Of a DNA stretch of 64,000 bases, positions 34,994 through 46,787 are shown in pieces (within the stretch, counting starts at the first letter, position 1; each line of letters starts with the position of its first letter). Made by a program: the position numbers and the translations under genes. Under the pieces are notes generated by a model that did no database searches, was not told the DNA's origin, and worked only from the letters and a program-made list of their open reading frames with translations. The DNA is from TPA_inf: Saccharomyces. Lineage: Eukaryota. Location of the stretch: NCBI GenBank assembly GCA_000146045.2, contig BK006946.2, positions 192,001 through 256,000 of the forward strand, in the 5' to 3' direction.

Positions 34994-36664
34994 TTATTCT
35001 ATAATTACACTTTTATCATGAACGCCAAACATTTGGGAGACTATGGGATACAATAAAGGCGGATCATTTCCTAAGTTAAGCGCCTTGGCCCACTGTCGCC
35101 TCCCTGAATCATTTTTCTCAATCGCATGTAACATTTCTAACTGTTCCTTAGCGTCTAATATCGCTTCGGTCCCGATCAAATGCAGAAGATATCGTAGTAG
35201 GACCAGTAGGCAGACGTCACACTTTTCAATATTCAAAACGGCTTCTTCATACGAAGCTTGGCTACATTGCTCGGTAAAAGCAAAACATTTTGATTTAACC
35301 AAACCGATAACTTCGTTGCAAAATGAAACGCCATCTGATAAATTTTCGACTAGCGTTAAAATAACGACACATTCCTGTGTGTCTTTGAGTATCTCAGAAA
35401 GGGTACCTTCAGCTAATAGGGGTATAAAATAAGACTCTTGCGACAGATTTTCAGTCATAAAAAACTTTTTGAACTGCAGGATATCATTAAAAGAAGCCAA
35501 CGTCCGTGAGATCCCCTGGATAACATCATCTGCAACTATTCTCGGAGTAATCAATCTATGTCCATCTGGAACTCTTAGTAATAGTTTGAAACATGACCCA
35601 ATCAGTTTCCTCCGCAAAGCTAATGATTTTTGTGATTTGTACAAAGGACTACATTTAATTGTGGGAATATACGTATCAACAATTGTGTTTTCACCATTAT
35701 ATACGGGATGAACCGGCGTTGCATAATTGTCGGATGGCAGTTTGTAATCACAATTGAGAAATACATATTCGGAAAACCTATTCGCAAAATTCCTTGTATT
35801 TAAAGATTCAAAAAAAACTGCTAACGGACTCTCAGATAAGCGTTGAACGAACAAGGATTTGCTTACATTTTGGGCGACTTCATGCTGTATGAAATAATCT
35901 TGTCTACAACTAAACAGATCAATGAGTATTTCAAGTAAGGGCATCCAAATCTCATGGCTTGATAGGAACAGAGGTGTGCTTTCTTGCAGCGAGTTAGACA
36001 ATGTCCATAAAATCATGTTAATAAATTCTCCAGGTTCATTCAGTTTCAAATTCAATAAGCGATTGCCCAATATGGTATTTCTTTGCTCAAGACAACTAAT
36101 ATACGACCTGTAAGGATTTTTAAAAGTTTTAGCCTGATCCAACTCGGGATCTACACTAGCATTTTGCCTATATGTTACACCACTTTCAGATTTCGTTCTC
36201 CTAAATCTATCGAAACCCCACTTTTGCTTTTTTGGTGTCAACGTATCGATTGCCAAGAAAAACTGGCATCGCAACAACTCCAAGTCATACAAATTGTATT
36301 GCTCAGAATCAAACTCTTTCAGAATCGCCAGATATTTCTGCAATAGTTTCAAAGCTCTCCTACTTAAAGTTTCCCTGGACGTGTTATATGGATCATTTGC
36401 CCTCAATATCGGCTCCTTATAATATTCAGATAAAGTCGATAACGTGAAAAGAACTAATATGATATCGAACGGGATAACAGCCAAATTGTGAGATTTGCCG
36501 AACTGGCACTCCAGAAACAACAGCACATGATCATAATTTTCTAAGAGACACATGGAATTGAGCATCTCAAACGCCAATAGATGTTTCTCAGTGAGTTCAA
36601 CAAAATAATGTGCACCATTGCGTGGACTCACGTATAAAACGGAATTTATCAACGCACCATCCAT
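34994..36664 (-). CDS. NSE5: Smc5/6-complex non-SMC element 5, 556 aa
   Basis: The ORF track starts at TTG 36700; the in-frame ATG is at 36664 (MDGALINSV...). I identify it by position, strand and exact length between RPS17A and APT1. I recognise no diagnostic motif, so the symbol is less certain than the ORF itself. Confidence 0.7.
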   Translation of the reverse strand: MDGALINSVLYVSPRNGAHYFVELTEKHLLAFEMLNSMCLLENYDHVLLFLECQFGKSHNLAVIPFDIILVLFTLSTLSEYYKEPILRANDPYNTSRETLSRRALKLLQKYLAILKEFDSEQYNLYDLELLRCQFFLAIDTLTPKKQKWGFDRFRRTKSESGVTYRQNASVDPELDQAKTFKNPYRSYISCLEQRNTILGNRLLNLKLNEPGEFINMILWTLSNSLQESTPLFLSSHEIWMPLLEILIDLFSCRQDYFIQHEVAQNVSKSLFVQRLSESPLAVFFESLNTRNFANRFSEYVFLNCDYKLPSDNYATPVHPVYNGENTIVDTYIPTIKCSPLYKSQKSLALRRKLIGSCFKLLLRVPDGHRLITPRIVADDVIQGISRTLASFNDILQFKKFFMTENLSQESYFIPLLAEGTLSEILKDTQECVVILTLVENLSDGVSFCNEVIGLVKSKCFAFTEQCSQASYEEAVLNIEKCDVCLLVLLRYLLHLIGTEAILDAKEQLEMLHAIEKNDSGRRQWAKALNLGNDPPLLYPIVSQMFGVHDKSVIIE

Positions 36665-36936
36665 ACTCAGACTACCACTACAATCACCATTTGCCGGCAA
36701 TTATCTTCATATATCTATAATTTTATTGCCAACCTACTAGTAGTGGTCTTGAATTAGTTTTGAAGGGCTCTCTATGTGGGAAAAAATCGGGCCGCGCAAT
36801 GAAAAATTTTTGGCATTATAAATTCACCTCATTGGGAAGGTAAAATGCATCTTGCGTCTGACTCAATATCCATAAAATCTATTTTCACGCATTTTGCCTG
36901 CTTCAAAGAAATCTATCGCAAATATTCCTACTAATC

Positions 36937-37500
36937 ATGTCTATAGCAAGTTATGCCCAAGAGTTGAAGTTGGCTTTACATCAATATCCAAACTTCCCTA
37001 GTGAAGGCATTCTCTTCGAAGATTTCTTACCCATTTTCAGGAACCCAGGTCTTTTCCAGAAGTTGATCGATGCTTTCAAACTGCATTTAGAAGAAGCTTT
37101 TCCAGAAGTTAAAATTGATTATATCGTCGGGTTGGAATCCCGTGGGTTCTTGTTCGGACCAACTTTAGCTTTGGCCCTAGGTGTTGGTTTCGTTCCAGTC
37201 AGGAAGGCAGGTAAGCTACCTGGCGAATGTTTTAAGGCTACGTACGAAAAGGAGTACGGTTCTGATCTTTTTGAGATACAGAAAAACGCTATTCCAGCAG
37301 GTTCCAACGTTATCATTGTTGATGACATTATTGCCACTGGTGGTTCTGCTGCTGCAGCCGGCGAATTAGTTGAACAACTCGAAGCCAACCTTTTGGAATA
37401 TAACTTTGTTATGGAGTTGGATTTCTTGAAAGGCAGGAGTAAGTTGAATGCTCCAGTGTTCACTTTACTGAACGCTCAAAAGGAAGCGTTGAAAAAATGA
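36937..37500 (+). CDS. APT1: Adenine phosphoribosyltransferase, 187 aa
   Basis: ATG at 36937. It has the PRPP-binding motif VIIVDDIIATGGSA and a type-I PRTase fold. Confidence 0.93.
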   Translation: MSIASYAQELKLALHQYPNFPSEGILFEDFLPIFRNPGLFQKLIDAFKLHLEEAFPEVKIDYIVGLESRGFLFGPTLALALGVGFVPVRKAGKLPGECFKATYEKEYGSDLFEIQKNAIPAGSNVIIVDDIIATGGSAAAAGELVEQLEANLLEYNFVMELDFLKGRSKLNAPVFTLLNAQKEALKK

Positions 37501-37733
37501 TATGTTTCACGTCCTGACCCATATTCAAGCTTCCTTTCTGCCGGTTTCAAGCAATTTATTTTTCTTACTTCTCCTTACTCTCTCAATTTGGTTGTATAAT
37601 ATTTACTTTTTAGATTGAAAAATATTCAATCCACTTTTCTGCTTTGTGCCACAAAGTAGTCTATTTAGTTTTTTATCTATTATATGCTTTTAAAGAGTTT
37701 GGAAATCGAGACCTGCATATGCAATAGTAATAT

Positions 37734-38813
37734 TCAAGGGTCCTTTGATTCTGACTCTAAGCGAGCATTTGCCTCCTGAACTTCTCTTAATGACGTTCCA
37801 GGAACAACACTCCAGTCTATCATTTTCTCTCCGCGGGTATTGTATAGCCAATCGTTTATCATTTTGAAATGGTTGGTACCAAAAAATCCTCTACTTGCAC
37901 TTAATGGAGACGGATGCACTGACTTCATCACCATGATATTAGGGTACTTACTACCGCTTCCAACGGAAGTAGATCCCAACAGAGACTCTACTAATTTGAT
38001 AGCATTGTTCCCCCATAAGAGGAATACTAAACTCTTACCGTCGGCCTCTCTGTCCTGGATCAACAACTGAACTACCCTTTTTGTAAAAGTTTCCCAACCA
38101 TGCTTAGAATGCGAGTTTGCATTATGTGCTCTTACAGTTAACGAGGTATTAAGCAATAAAACCCCTTGTGAAGCCCAGTGAGTTAAATCTCCCACTTTAT
38201 TATCTTCAACAAAATCAGGATACTCTTGCTTCAGTTCCTTATATATGTTCTTTAATGACGGTGGTGCTGGTGTAGGGGGTTTGACGCTAAAAGCCAAGCC
38301 ATGCGCCTGATTAAAGTTGTGGTAGGGATCTTGACCGATAATCACGACTTTAACTTTATTAAAAGGCGTTAGCCTGGTCCATGAGTAAATATCCTTTGCA
38401 GGCGGAAATACTGTATGATCAGCTTGCTCTTTAGTGACAAACTGTTTCAACTTTACAAAATATGGCTTTTTAAATTCATCCATTAAATGTGGAAACCACG
38501 AATCATCAATCGTTTCTAGCTCCAGCGACAGTAGTGTACGTAAATTGCTGCTCAAGTTCTTCGAATATACATCTTTTGCATTTGAATTAGCAGGATATTT
38601 GTCCGTGTTTGCCTCCTTTGCGACCGCCTTTGTCTCTGTCTTGATAGCTGCGCCATTTGTTATGGTCATGAAAGTAGCGCCCGATTTACCTTTCTTATTG
38701 GGCGCCTCATTAGTGCTTTTCTTTGTACCAAAGAAGTCTTCGATCGTAGTTTGCTTTCTCTTTCGAGCCACCGTCATAACTGAATTTGTTGGCAATCTTC
38801 TCATGCACCACAT
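37734..38813 (-). CDS. UNG1: Uracil-DNA glycosylase, 359 aa
   Basis: ATG at 38813. It has the UDG catalytic water-activating loop GQDPYH, the leucine-intercalation loop HPSPLS, and a basic N-terminal targeting region. Confidence 0.93.
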   Translation of the reverse strand: MWCMRRLPTNSVMTVARKRKQTTIEDFFGTKKSTNEAPNKKGKSGATFMTITNGAAIKTETKAVAKEANTDKYPANSNAKDVYSKNLSSNLRTLLSLELETIDDSWFPHLMDEFKKPYFVKLKQFVTKEQADHTVFPPAKDIYSWTRLTPFNKVKVVIIGQDPYHNFNQAHGLAFSVKPPTPAPPSLKNIYKELKQEYPDFVEDNKVGDLTHWASQGVLLLNTSLTVRAHNANSHSKHGWETFTKRVVQLLIQDREADGKSLVFLLWGNNAIKLVESLLGSTSVGSGSKYPNIMVMKSVHPSPLSASRGFFGTNHFKMINDWLYNTRGEKMIDWSVVPGTSLREVQEANARLESESKDP

Positions 38814-39148
38814 GTATGTGAACGGCTTGTGTACAGCTTCTGATAATATATATCATTATGGATGAATTACGCGTTGCGGACACATTCCAGGTTTTGACAA
38901 TAGGGAAAATATTGAGTTTATATGTAAAGCTTTTTACAAGTCACTAATGTGAACAACGTGAGGTAATTCCATGGAAAGTTCATATAAGAATAGTTCGAAA
39001 ACTATCTTTTTTATTCCCACCAGTCACTAGATTCGGCTTTATACATATAGTGGGCTTATCACTGCTCTTGGATAGCACTTTTGCACTACAAATAGACACC
39101 ATTACGAAGAATTGGAAGAGACTTATATACAGAGTACCAGTAGGTAGA

Positions 39149-41143
39149 ATGGTCACGACTCCATTGCATTCCTCGCCGAAAAGCAGTCTGAAATCTTCAA
39201 CGACCTCACTGCGCTCAGTACATACTCAGTCTGGTCGTATGGGGCCTAGTGAGCCTAAGCACAGAACAACCAAATCCTGGTCTATATGGGGAGGTAATGA
39301 CGAGGAAGAACCGGAGTTATCTAATAAAAATAAAGGAAAGGAAACCGCCCAAGACAACAGTCAAGAAAATGACAATGTTTCAAATGAGGGAACACGCTTG
39401 CACGATAATCAACAAACAACGATTTTAAAGGAAACCACCAGGATCGAGAAGGGTGAGAAGGACAAAAAAGACAGAAATGCAGCTATAGTAGAAAAAAACA
39501 CAAGACCACGAGCATGGCCATTCTTTTGGGGCCGTAACAAAAAAGATCCGGAGCCGACGCATAACATTCCCACTGATGCGGATAATAACACTTTATCACG
39601 TTTAGCAAATAGTCTAAATCCGGCTCCTCTAACCAACACTTACATACCTTATAAACCTGATGCTATATTGATCAGAGATAAAGGTGTCAAAACTGCTAAG
39701 AAATTAACAGATGACATAGGCAATCAGTTTCCTAACATTGTTGTACCAAGTTTCGATATTTTACCGAAACAAACCATATGGAATACAGTCACATCCACAA
39801 TTTGGAAGTGGAAGACTGAATACTGGGATAGAAGACCTTCATCAAGGGTACGAGAGGGGGAAGAACAGGTGCAGCACTCACAAAATCAGTTAAAAGAGGA
39901 AACAAACACAGTTGCAAACGAGGCAAAAGATGAGGAGCGGTTGGAACACAACAGAGGATCTCTATTTAGGGTTGATCCATGGAAAAAAATAAACCTTCTA
40001 TCAGATTACCAATCTAGGCCCATCAGAGTTCTCATTGTCGGCGTTCATGGGTTCTTTCCAACAAAAATTATTAGACCGTTTATTGGTGAGCCAACGGGTA
40101 CATCTACCAAGTTTGTCACAGAAGCTGAGGAAATAGTGAAGGAATATTTTGATCAACATAAAGTACCCATTGAAATAAGCAAGATCGCTCTTGAAAGAGA
40201 AGGAGAGATATTTGATAGAGTAGATTTCTTCTACGAAGTTATGAAGCATTGGAGCAAAGAAATAAACAATTCTGATTTTATTTATTTTGTTAGCCATTCG
40301 CAGGGGTGTCCGGTAACCATTATGCTTTTAGCGAAGCTGATCAAAAACGGCATAATAAACCTTGATAATTCTCAATTTTTCAACGATGAAATTCAGTTTT
40401 GTTCGTCCAAAAAAATTATCTCGGTCTTGGCCATGGCAGGTATCAATAATGGTCCATTCTACGGTGCAGATCAAACTTTGTTTGTTCGTGCTTACCAGAC
40501 GATTGAAAAAGACTCATTGAGGGAGTTATTCGAGTTTCAAAAGTTTGATTCCAAACAATCGCAAAGCTTCATAGAAGGCCTAAGAACAATCATATCAAAT
40601 AACGTTAAGATTACATTTGTGGGATCCATCAATGATCAACTGGTCCCTCTGTATTCATCCACATGTCTTTTTGCCAACCATCCCAATATATTTCGGGCCA
40701 TTTTTATTGATAGAGGATCACAAACTCCAGCATTTATCACTCGCATAGTTAAAATTGCTGGTTCACTCTTAAACCTGGGTTATAACGATCACGGAATCAT
40801 AAAGGAAATAAGCGGATCTCTGGCGGGCACCCTGACAGGAGGTGGTCACTCTACCATTTATAATGAGAAACAGGTCTACCATCTGGGCATCAAATTTGCA
40901 TTAGAAACAACCGATTTGTCCGAAATGTATCCAATTGAGTACTCACCATATAAATTGTCTGAGTTAGGAGCCAACCCCTATCGTCTGCCATGGTGTATGA
41001 GGGGATTGATGTACGAGTCCAACAAGCATTTCAGTAATGAAGAAATCAAGATGTTGTTTAAGGAATTTGAGGAATGGGAGCCTGAGACAAAGCAATTGAA
41101 GGACATAAAAAACAGGCTTAATGGTTTGAAATATCGACTCTGA
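39149..41143 (+). CDS. YML020W: Uncharacterized protein YML020W, 664 aa; putative serine hydrolase (DUF676-like)
   Basis: The ORF track starts at GTG 39050; the ATG is at 39149 ([13 protein letters not shown]...). The N-terminal third is low-complexity and basic. The C-terminal half carries a nucleophile-elbow-like FVSHSQGC motif around residue 390, preceded by [11 protein letters not shown]. Confidence 0.75.
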
Positions 41144-41456
41144 TAAAAAATACATCCAGCATGATACCAGCTTGCTTCCGCAAACGAAACATAACTTAAG
41201 GTACCGCAATTCAAAAAGGCATTCATACGTACAAATATTAACTATATCTGACATTATTTAGACTATCACAAGCAGTATTTATTTATTTATTTACTTATTT
41301 ATTCATTTATTCATTTCCTTTTTAGTCTTTTATGCCAGTGAGCTACTGTCGCGAATTGAAAACTGCAAAAAAATAAAATAGGAACTTGGATTCAGAAGTT
41401 TTGATAATAAAATTGCATGTAGATGAGAGCCGCGAACTGAATCATACAAAAAAAAT

Positions 41457-42455
41457 ATGAAGTGGTGTAGCACATACATTATTATATGGCTCGCCATTAT
41501 ATTCCATAAGTTTCAGAAGTCCACAGCCACTGCATCCCATAATATAGATGATATTCTACAGTTGAAAGATGACACCGGTGTGATAACAGTGACCGCTGAC
41601 AACTACCCACTGTTAAGCCGTGGTGTCCCAGGTTACTTCAATATCTTGTACATCACAATGAGGGGTACAAACAGTAACGGCATGAGTTGCCAACTATGCC
41701 ATGATTTTGAAAAAACCTATCACGCAGTGGCCGATGTAATTCGCTCGCAGGCCCCACAATCACTAAATTTGTTTTTTACAGTGGATGTCAACGAAGTACC
41801 ACAATTGGTCAAGGATTTAAAGTTGCAAAACGTACCTCATCTTGTGGTATATCCGCCAGCAGAAAGTAACAAGCAATCTCAGTTCGAATGGAAAACATCA
41901 CCTTTTTATCAGTACTCTTTGGTACCTGAAAATGCGGAAAACACTTTACAATTTGGCGATTTTCTGGCTAAAATACTCAATATTTCGATAACGGTTCCTC
42001 AAGCCTTCAACGTTCAGGAATTTGTTTATTATTTTGTTGCGTGTATGGTAGTTTTCATCTTTATTAAGAAAGTAATTCTACCGAAGGTAACTAATAAATG
42101 GAAGCTTTTCTCCATGATATTGTCATTAGGCATACTTCTACCAAGTATTACTGGTTACAAGTTTGTGGAAATGAATGCTATCCCTTTCATTGCACGTGAT
42201 GCTAAGAATCGTATAATGTATTTTAGCGGTGGTTCAGGATGGCAGTTCGGTATAGAGATTTTTTCTGTATCATTGATGTACATTGTGATGTCCGCACTGT
42301 CTGTGCTTTTAATTTATGTGCCCAAAATCTCGTGTGTAAGTGAAAAAATGAGAGGACTATTGTCGTCATTTTTGGCATGTGTTCTATTCTACTTCTTTTC
42401 TTATTTCATTAGTTGTTATTTGATAAAGAATCCAGGGTACCCAATTGTTTTTTAA
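41457..42455 (+). CDS. OST6: Oligosaccharyltransferase subunit (Ost3/Ost6 family), 332 aa
   Basis: ATG at 41457. It has a signal peptide, a luminal thioredoxin-like domain with the CQLC (CxxC) motif, and four C-terminal transmembrane helices. Confidence 0.88.
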   Translation: MKWCSTYIIIWLAIIFHKFQKSTATASHNIDDILQLKDDTGVITVTADNYPLLSRGVPGYFNILYITMRGTNSNGMSCQLCHDFEKTYHAVADVIRSQAPQSLNLFFTVDVNEVPQLVKDLKLQNVPHLVVYPPAESNKQSQFEWKTSPFYQYSLVPENAENTLQFGDFLAKILNISITVPQAFNVQEFVYYFVACMVVFIFIKKVILPKVTNKWKLFSMILSLGILLPSITGYKFVEMNAIPFIARDAKNRIMYFSGGSGWQFGIEIFSVSLMYIVMSALSVLLIYVPKISCVSEKMRGLLSSFLACVLFYFFSYFISCYLIKNPGYPIVF

Positions 42456-42770
42456 TTTTGAGAAAATGCGTTTTTCAGTTTCATTATAACATGTATATTT
42501 GCATTTCTTTCTCACGGCAAAGTTAGTGACAAAGAATAAGGTTTGTATGAAGCCAACGAGATACTTTTTCTCTTATTGAAAATTCTTTTGGCCTCTGTTT
42601 TGTTAGTCTGGATACTGAAAAAAATGTTTAAGATTATTAAATCACACAGGAATGAAATTGTTATTAGAAAAATTATAATATACATTCTATATAGGGAAAA
42701 ATTTCTTCTGACTTTGAAATTTAGATGCTAATAGTTTTTTTTATTATTTCTATTTTTTTTTTTTTTAAGA

Positions 42771-43952
42771 TCAGTTGTTTGCTGCTGGCACCTCCACTGA
42801 TTCGTAATTGCTAGCCGTTATTGAGTTCTCAAAATGTTCCTCCTCAGAGCTTTTGTTAATGATGAAAAATGAGCCTAAGATGAGGGTAGCACCAAATAAA
42901 TAGAGCGCAGACATGGTTTTGTGCTTAAAGATTACATCACCAAACATTGCTAGGGGTATCGTTATGCTCAATCCTACGGTGACGGTTAAAGGACTCGTTA
43001 GTAACATAGCCTTTGCCCAACAAAAGTCGCTAACAAATGTGATGAGACAATTGACGAAGATTATTACCACAACTTTAGGATCTTTGGGCAGAGAGAATGG
43101 TTCCCAGCCAAAAAAGTCCAATACAATCAGTGATGGCCATAGAAAAAGTAAATTAAAGAGACCAACAAAGCCAAAAAAAATCTTCATGTTAACACGAGTC
43201 TCATCTCCGACTTCTCTCTTCAATAAAGTACTGTAGACACCGTAAAGTACAGCACCTGCAAGTGCCAACAAGTTGCCTATCAGAACTTGCACGGCATCGT
43301 TATCATCACCACTAACGTCCGCGATATGGCGTTGGTAGCGCTGATGAGAATCTGATTTGGTGACCATGATTATGCCTACAAAGGAAATGAACGACCCGAG
43401 TACTTTGGACTTGCTCAACGATTCAACATGACAAATAGCACCTATGAACAAGGTGAAAAAGGAAGAAGTAGTGGAGAGGATTGTCTGCGATGCCACCGAT
43501 GTGAATGCCAGCGAGGCATTGGTCACAAGGTTAGCTGTGAACCAAAGTATGCAGAACTCAGCACTTAACTTGATTGTTTCATATAACGTTAGCCTCTTCT
43601 TTTGGTTGGCATGCGTGCCTGCTTCAAGGTTTGTAAGCAGTGGGCTAGTCATATCAACCGAGCGATTGCTATCACTACCAGTACCTTCTTCCTCCATAAT
43701 TAGTTCGCGGTGAACGTTTGCACGGCCTGTGTCCTTGTAATTCACCACAACGGCCTTTGCAGTTGGAAAAAGATAAAAGATAAAGGCGGCAGTATTGGTG
43801 TACGTGATAAAGAATGGTTTTCTATACGAGTCATCCTCGAAGATCAAATTTATCAGGAAGGACGATAAAACCCACAAAATAATGACTAGACCCAACATCA
43901 GAAGACCCAAGGTCCACCTCTTATTAAAGGACGTTTGATCCTTCGACACCAT
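42771..43952 (-). CDS. YML018C: Uncharacterized membrane transporter-like protein YML018C (EamA/DMT-type), 393 aa
   Basis: ATG at 43952. It has about 10 predicted transmembrane segments in two halves. It is convergent with OST6. Confidence 0.75.
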   Translation of the reverse strand: MVSKDQTSFNKRWTLGLLMLGLVIILWVLSSFLINLIFEDDSYRKPFFITYTNTAAFIFYLFPTAKAVVVNYKDTGRANVHRELIMEEEGTGSDSNRSVDMTSPLLTNLEAGTHANQKKRLTLYETIKLSAEFCILWFTANLVTNASLAFTSVASQTILSTTSSFFTLFIGAICHVESLSKSKVLGSFISFVGIIMVTKSDSHQRYQRHIADVSGDDNDAVQVLIGNLLALAGAVLYGVYSTLLKREVGDETRVNMKIFFGFVGLFNLLFLWPSLIVLDFFGWEPFSLPKDPKVVVIIFVNCLITFVSDFCWAKAMLLTSPLTVTVGLSITIPLAMFGDVIFKHKTMSALYLFGATLILGSFFIINKSSEEEHFENSITASNYESVEVPAANN

Positions 43953-44587
43953 GGCTCTGTTGAACTTTTATCTGAGAGAGGAAAAAAAGGAAGGAAAAAA
44001 AAGAAGAAACTTCCTTTATTTATTTGTCTTAACCACAACACACAATGCAATAAGATGCAATATAATATCAAAGCCAATATCTTATGTTGCTGATCCTGAG
44101 AAGGAATATATACAATTTATGTAGTAAAATACCTTTTCTTCTGCGAGTTGCAAGAAATAGAAAAGACTCCGATTGCGCATCGCCAGAATAAAATTTCACA
44201 ACCACACTTTTTGGCTGAACTTTTTATTACCTGATTAAACAGAGAGAGAAAAGGTAGAGGTCAAAATTTTTTAAGCAAAACTAAAAAAGATGCAAAATCA
44301 CGTGCTGAAAATCTAACATAAGGGTTAAGATTAGAGTTTTATAGGACTTGTTTTGTAATATTTCAAATACGAGCTAACCCTACTGATTTCAATTAGGTCT
44401 AATTTAGGGTTGAGCTGCACTGAAATTTCGGAAATTTTGGGTTATTTTAAATGAGACAGAAGAACTACAGAGATACGTTCTTCAGACTTTAAAGCTTATC
44501 TCCACAAAGAATTGGTCAAGAAATCATCCTAGAAAAACACGTTTGCTCACTCGATCTTAATCACATAGAGTGCTGGAACGGGAAGAA

Positions 44588-46731
44588 ATGGGTATGTGCC
44601 TCGGTTTTTCTCATTAACCCCTTTTGATCCATAACGGTCCTCTTTTGTTTCCTTTTTTTTTTTTGTTTTAGTATTTTATGTTTACTATTTTCTTCTGTTT
44701 CAGTCATACGTAGGAATTATTGCATGAAAGAGGATATAATATTCATGTGGATTTTTAAGAAAATAGATCAAGTTTAAATAGCCACTAACAATTGAACAAT
44801 GCTCTCTCTTGGCCTCTTTTCTTCTTTTTTATCGTTTCTCTAAAAATCAAGCTGATTAGACATGGTCTTGCAATGTTTTTGCTTTCTCTAATCAGCTTGG
44901 TTTTCCGCAAAGAAGAGAAAGTCACGGAATTGTCTACATATGTTTCTATTCAGGAACAAATAATACATCTAATAATAATGGCACTACGAAGAAAATGTCC
45001 CTAGAAGAATTTCTAGGGAACGACACTTTAGGCGAGTCAGTATGGGATGAGGAAGATATTAATTTGGATGCTATAAGCAATACTACGAATATTGACATCT
45101 TGAAACAAACCAAGGCAGGCGAACATCAACGTGATGGTCACCAACAGCACCCACACGGTGGTCATGGACCCATGAACAGATCACGTTTTTCTAATGCAGG
45201 GCCTTTTGGTGGTGGTAGCATGGGGGACTTTGCAAATCATCACCACCCGCTGCAGCATCAGCAAGGTCCTCCTTATATTGTGAAGTTTTCTGATTTACCA
45301 CCGAGATTTTCCAACTTTGACATTGAAGATCTTTTTCAAGCAAAGTTTACCAAGTTTATTAAGTTCAAACTGTTTTGGGAGATAAATAAAAATCCAAGTA
45401 TTTCTACTTTGAAATCGGGGTCAATCTTTGATCAAAATTTCAAACGTGACTCGAAGGTAGCATTTGTCGAGTTATATACATCCCGTGATATGGACAAAAT
45501 TTTGAACTATTGGACCACTCCTTTGAAGGAAATTTACCACATTACAACAGCGCCCGCAGAATTCGAAGATTTTAAGGATTACAGCACGAAGGTGAAATTA
45601 TTAACAGACCCTAAAGACGATGCTGGCAAACCATTCATTACTAAGACTCAGCGGTCAAAATCCAATCCTTTTGGAAGTGCTAAACCGGTTGATACGCAAT
45701 CGAAGATTTTGGACATTGAAGAAAAAATGGAAAATTTACACGTGGAAGATACAACAACCCTGAGGGCATCATTAATCCCTAGTAGTGATTCTATGGCAAC
45801 CACTGCAACAGGCAGCAAGATCACAATCTTGAAAAAGCAGACACCTACAGAGGAGGAATCACATTCTGCAACCCCAACTCCCAAACCTTTAAGTTACTCT
45901 GAAGTAGTTGAGAGATCTGTGGTCAATGAAACTTCCAAGAAAGGAACTCCATTAAGCAAGCTTGACTCACCAGCTCTTGAACTACAATCTAAGCCCGATA
46001 AATCGGACGAGTTCAAAGGTGGCGATGAACAAGGCTTTGAGAAAGGTGGCGACGATAAAGCTCAATTAGATGTCTCAAATGATAAAGATAAAGGTTCAGA
46101 AACCGATGTTGATAAACAGTTCACTTTCAAGAATGTGGAAAGGGAACATAGTATGAGCAGAACCAAATATAACGGAAACCATAATAACAATAATGGCAAT
46201 TTTAGAGGGAGTAATAGATATCGTGGAGGCCCCAATGGCAGCAGTTATAAAGGTGGGCATAACAATCGTGGTAATCGCGGCGGATATCGTGGTGGCAGCT
46301 CATACAACAACAACAACAACAACACTAATGATAATAATAATAATAATAATAATAGTAGTAGTAATAATAATAACGGTTCAAGATATCATGATCGACAAAA
46401 CAATGAAGAAGGGTTAACCTCGGATTCATCTTTAGATGCCTCAGGAAATAAAAAGAATGATTTCACGAACTCAACATCCAATACACAACAATATTCCATT
46501 TTCAAACCAGCAAGTGGGTTCCTTGGCCAAGGTAATAATGATTCTATAAGGAACAATGGACGCGGTAACTATAACAGCAGCGGTATGAATGGAGGTTCGA
46601 GAGGAAGAGGATTTGGCAGAGGAAGGGGATTTGGCAGAGGCGCATATAACAATCGAGGTAGTCGTGGTGGACGTGGAAGCAGCGGTAACTACTCCAACTA
46701 CAATAACAGAACAACAGACATGCCTTTATGA
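44588..46731 (+). CDS. PSP2: RGG-motif / Asn-rich P-body-associated protein, 593 aa; spliced: join(44588..44591,44954..46731)
   Basis: Exon 1 is ATGG, followed by GTATGT at 44592. The 3' splice site TATTCAG ends at 44953, giving a 362-nt intron. Exon 2 restores the frame: M-G-TNNTSNNNGTTKK-MSLEEFLGN... The total of 593 aa matches the expected length. The ORF-track ORF 44995..46731 lacks the first 15 codons. RGG/RGRGFGRG repeats and a poly-N tract lie at the C-terminus. Confidence 0.75.
46305..46375 (+). repeat. (AAC)n/(AAT)n trinucleotide repeats encoding the poly-Asn tract of PSP2
   Basis: caacaacaacaacaacaac ... aataataataataataataat encodes NNNNNNTNDNNNNNNNSSSNNNNG. Confidence 0.9.
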
Positions 46732-46756
46732 GTCATGTACTGACCCATTAATTTTC

Positions 46757-46763
<7 letters not shown>

Positions 46764-46787
<24 letters not shown>
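46764..46787 (+). repeat. Homopolymer T24 tract immediately downstream of the PSP2 stop
   Basis: 24 consecutive T, embedded in a longer pyrimidine-rich stretch at 46750..46810. Confidence 0.95.

Noticed and set aside
44671-44690. ARS consensus (WTTTAYRTTTW) matches such as TTTTATGTTTA in the PSP2 intron and others in AT-rich intergenic DNA
   Set aside because: 11-bp ACS matches occur by chance many times in AT-rich yeast DNA. No origin can be called without flanking B-elements or experimental ARS data.
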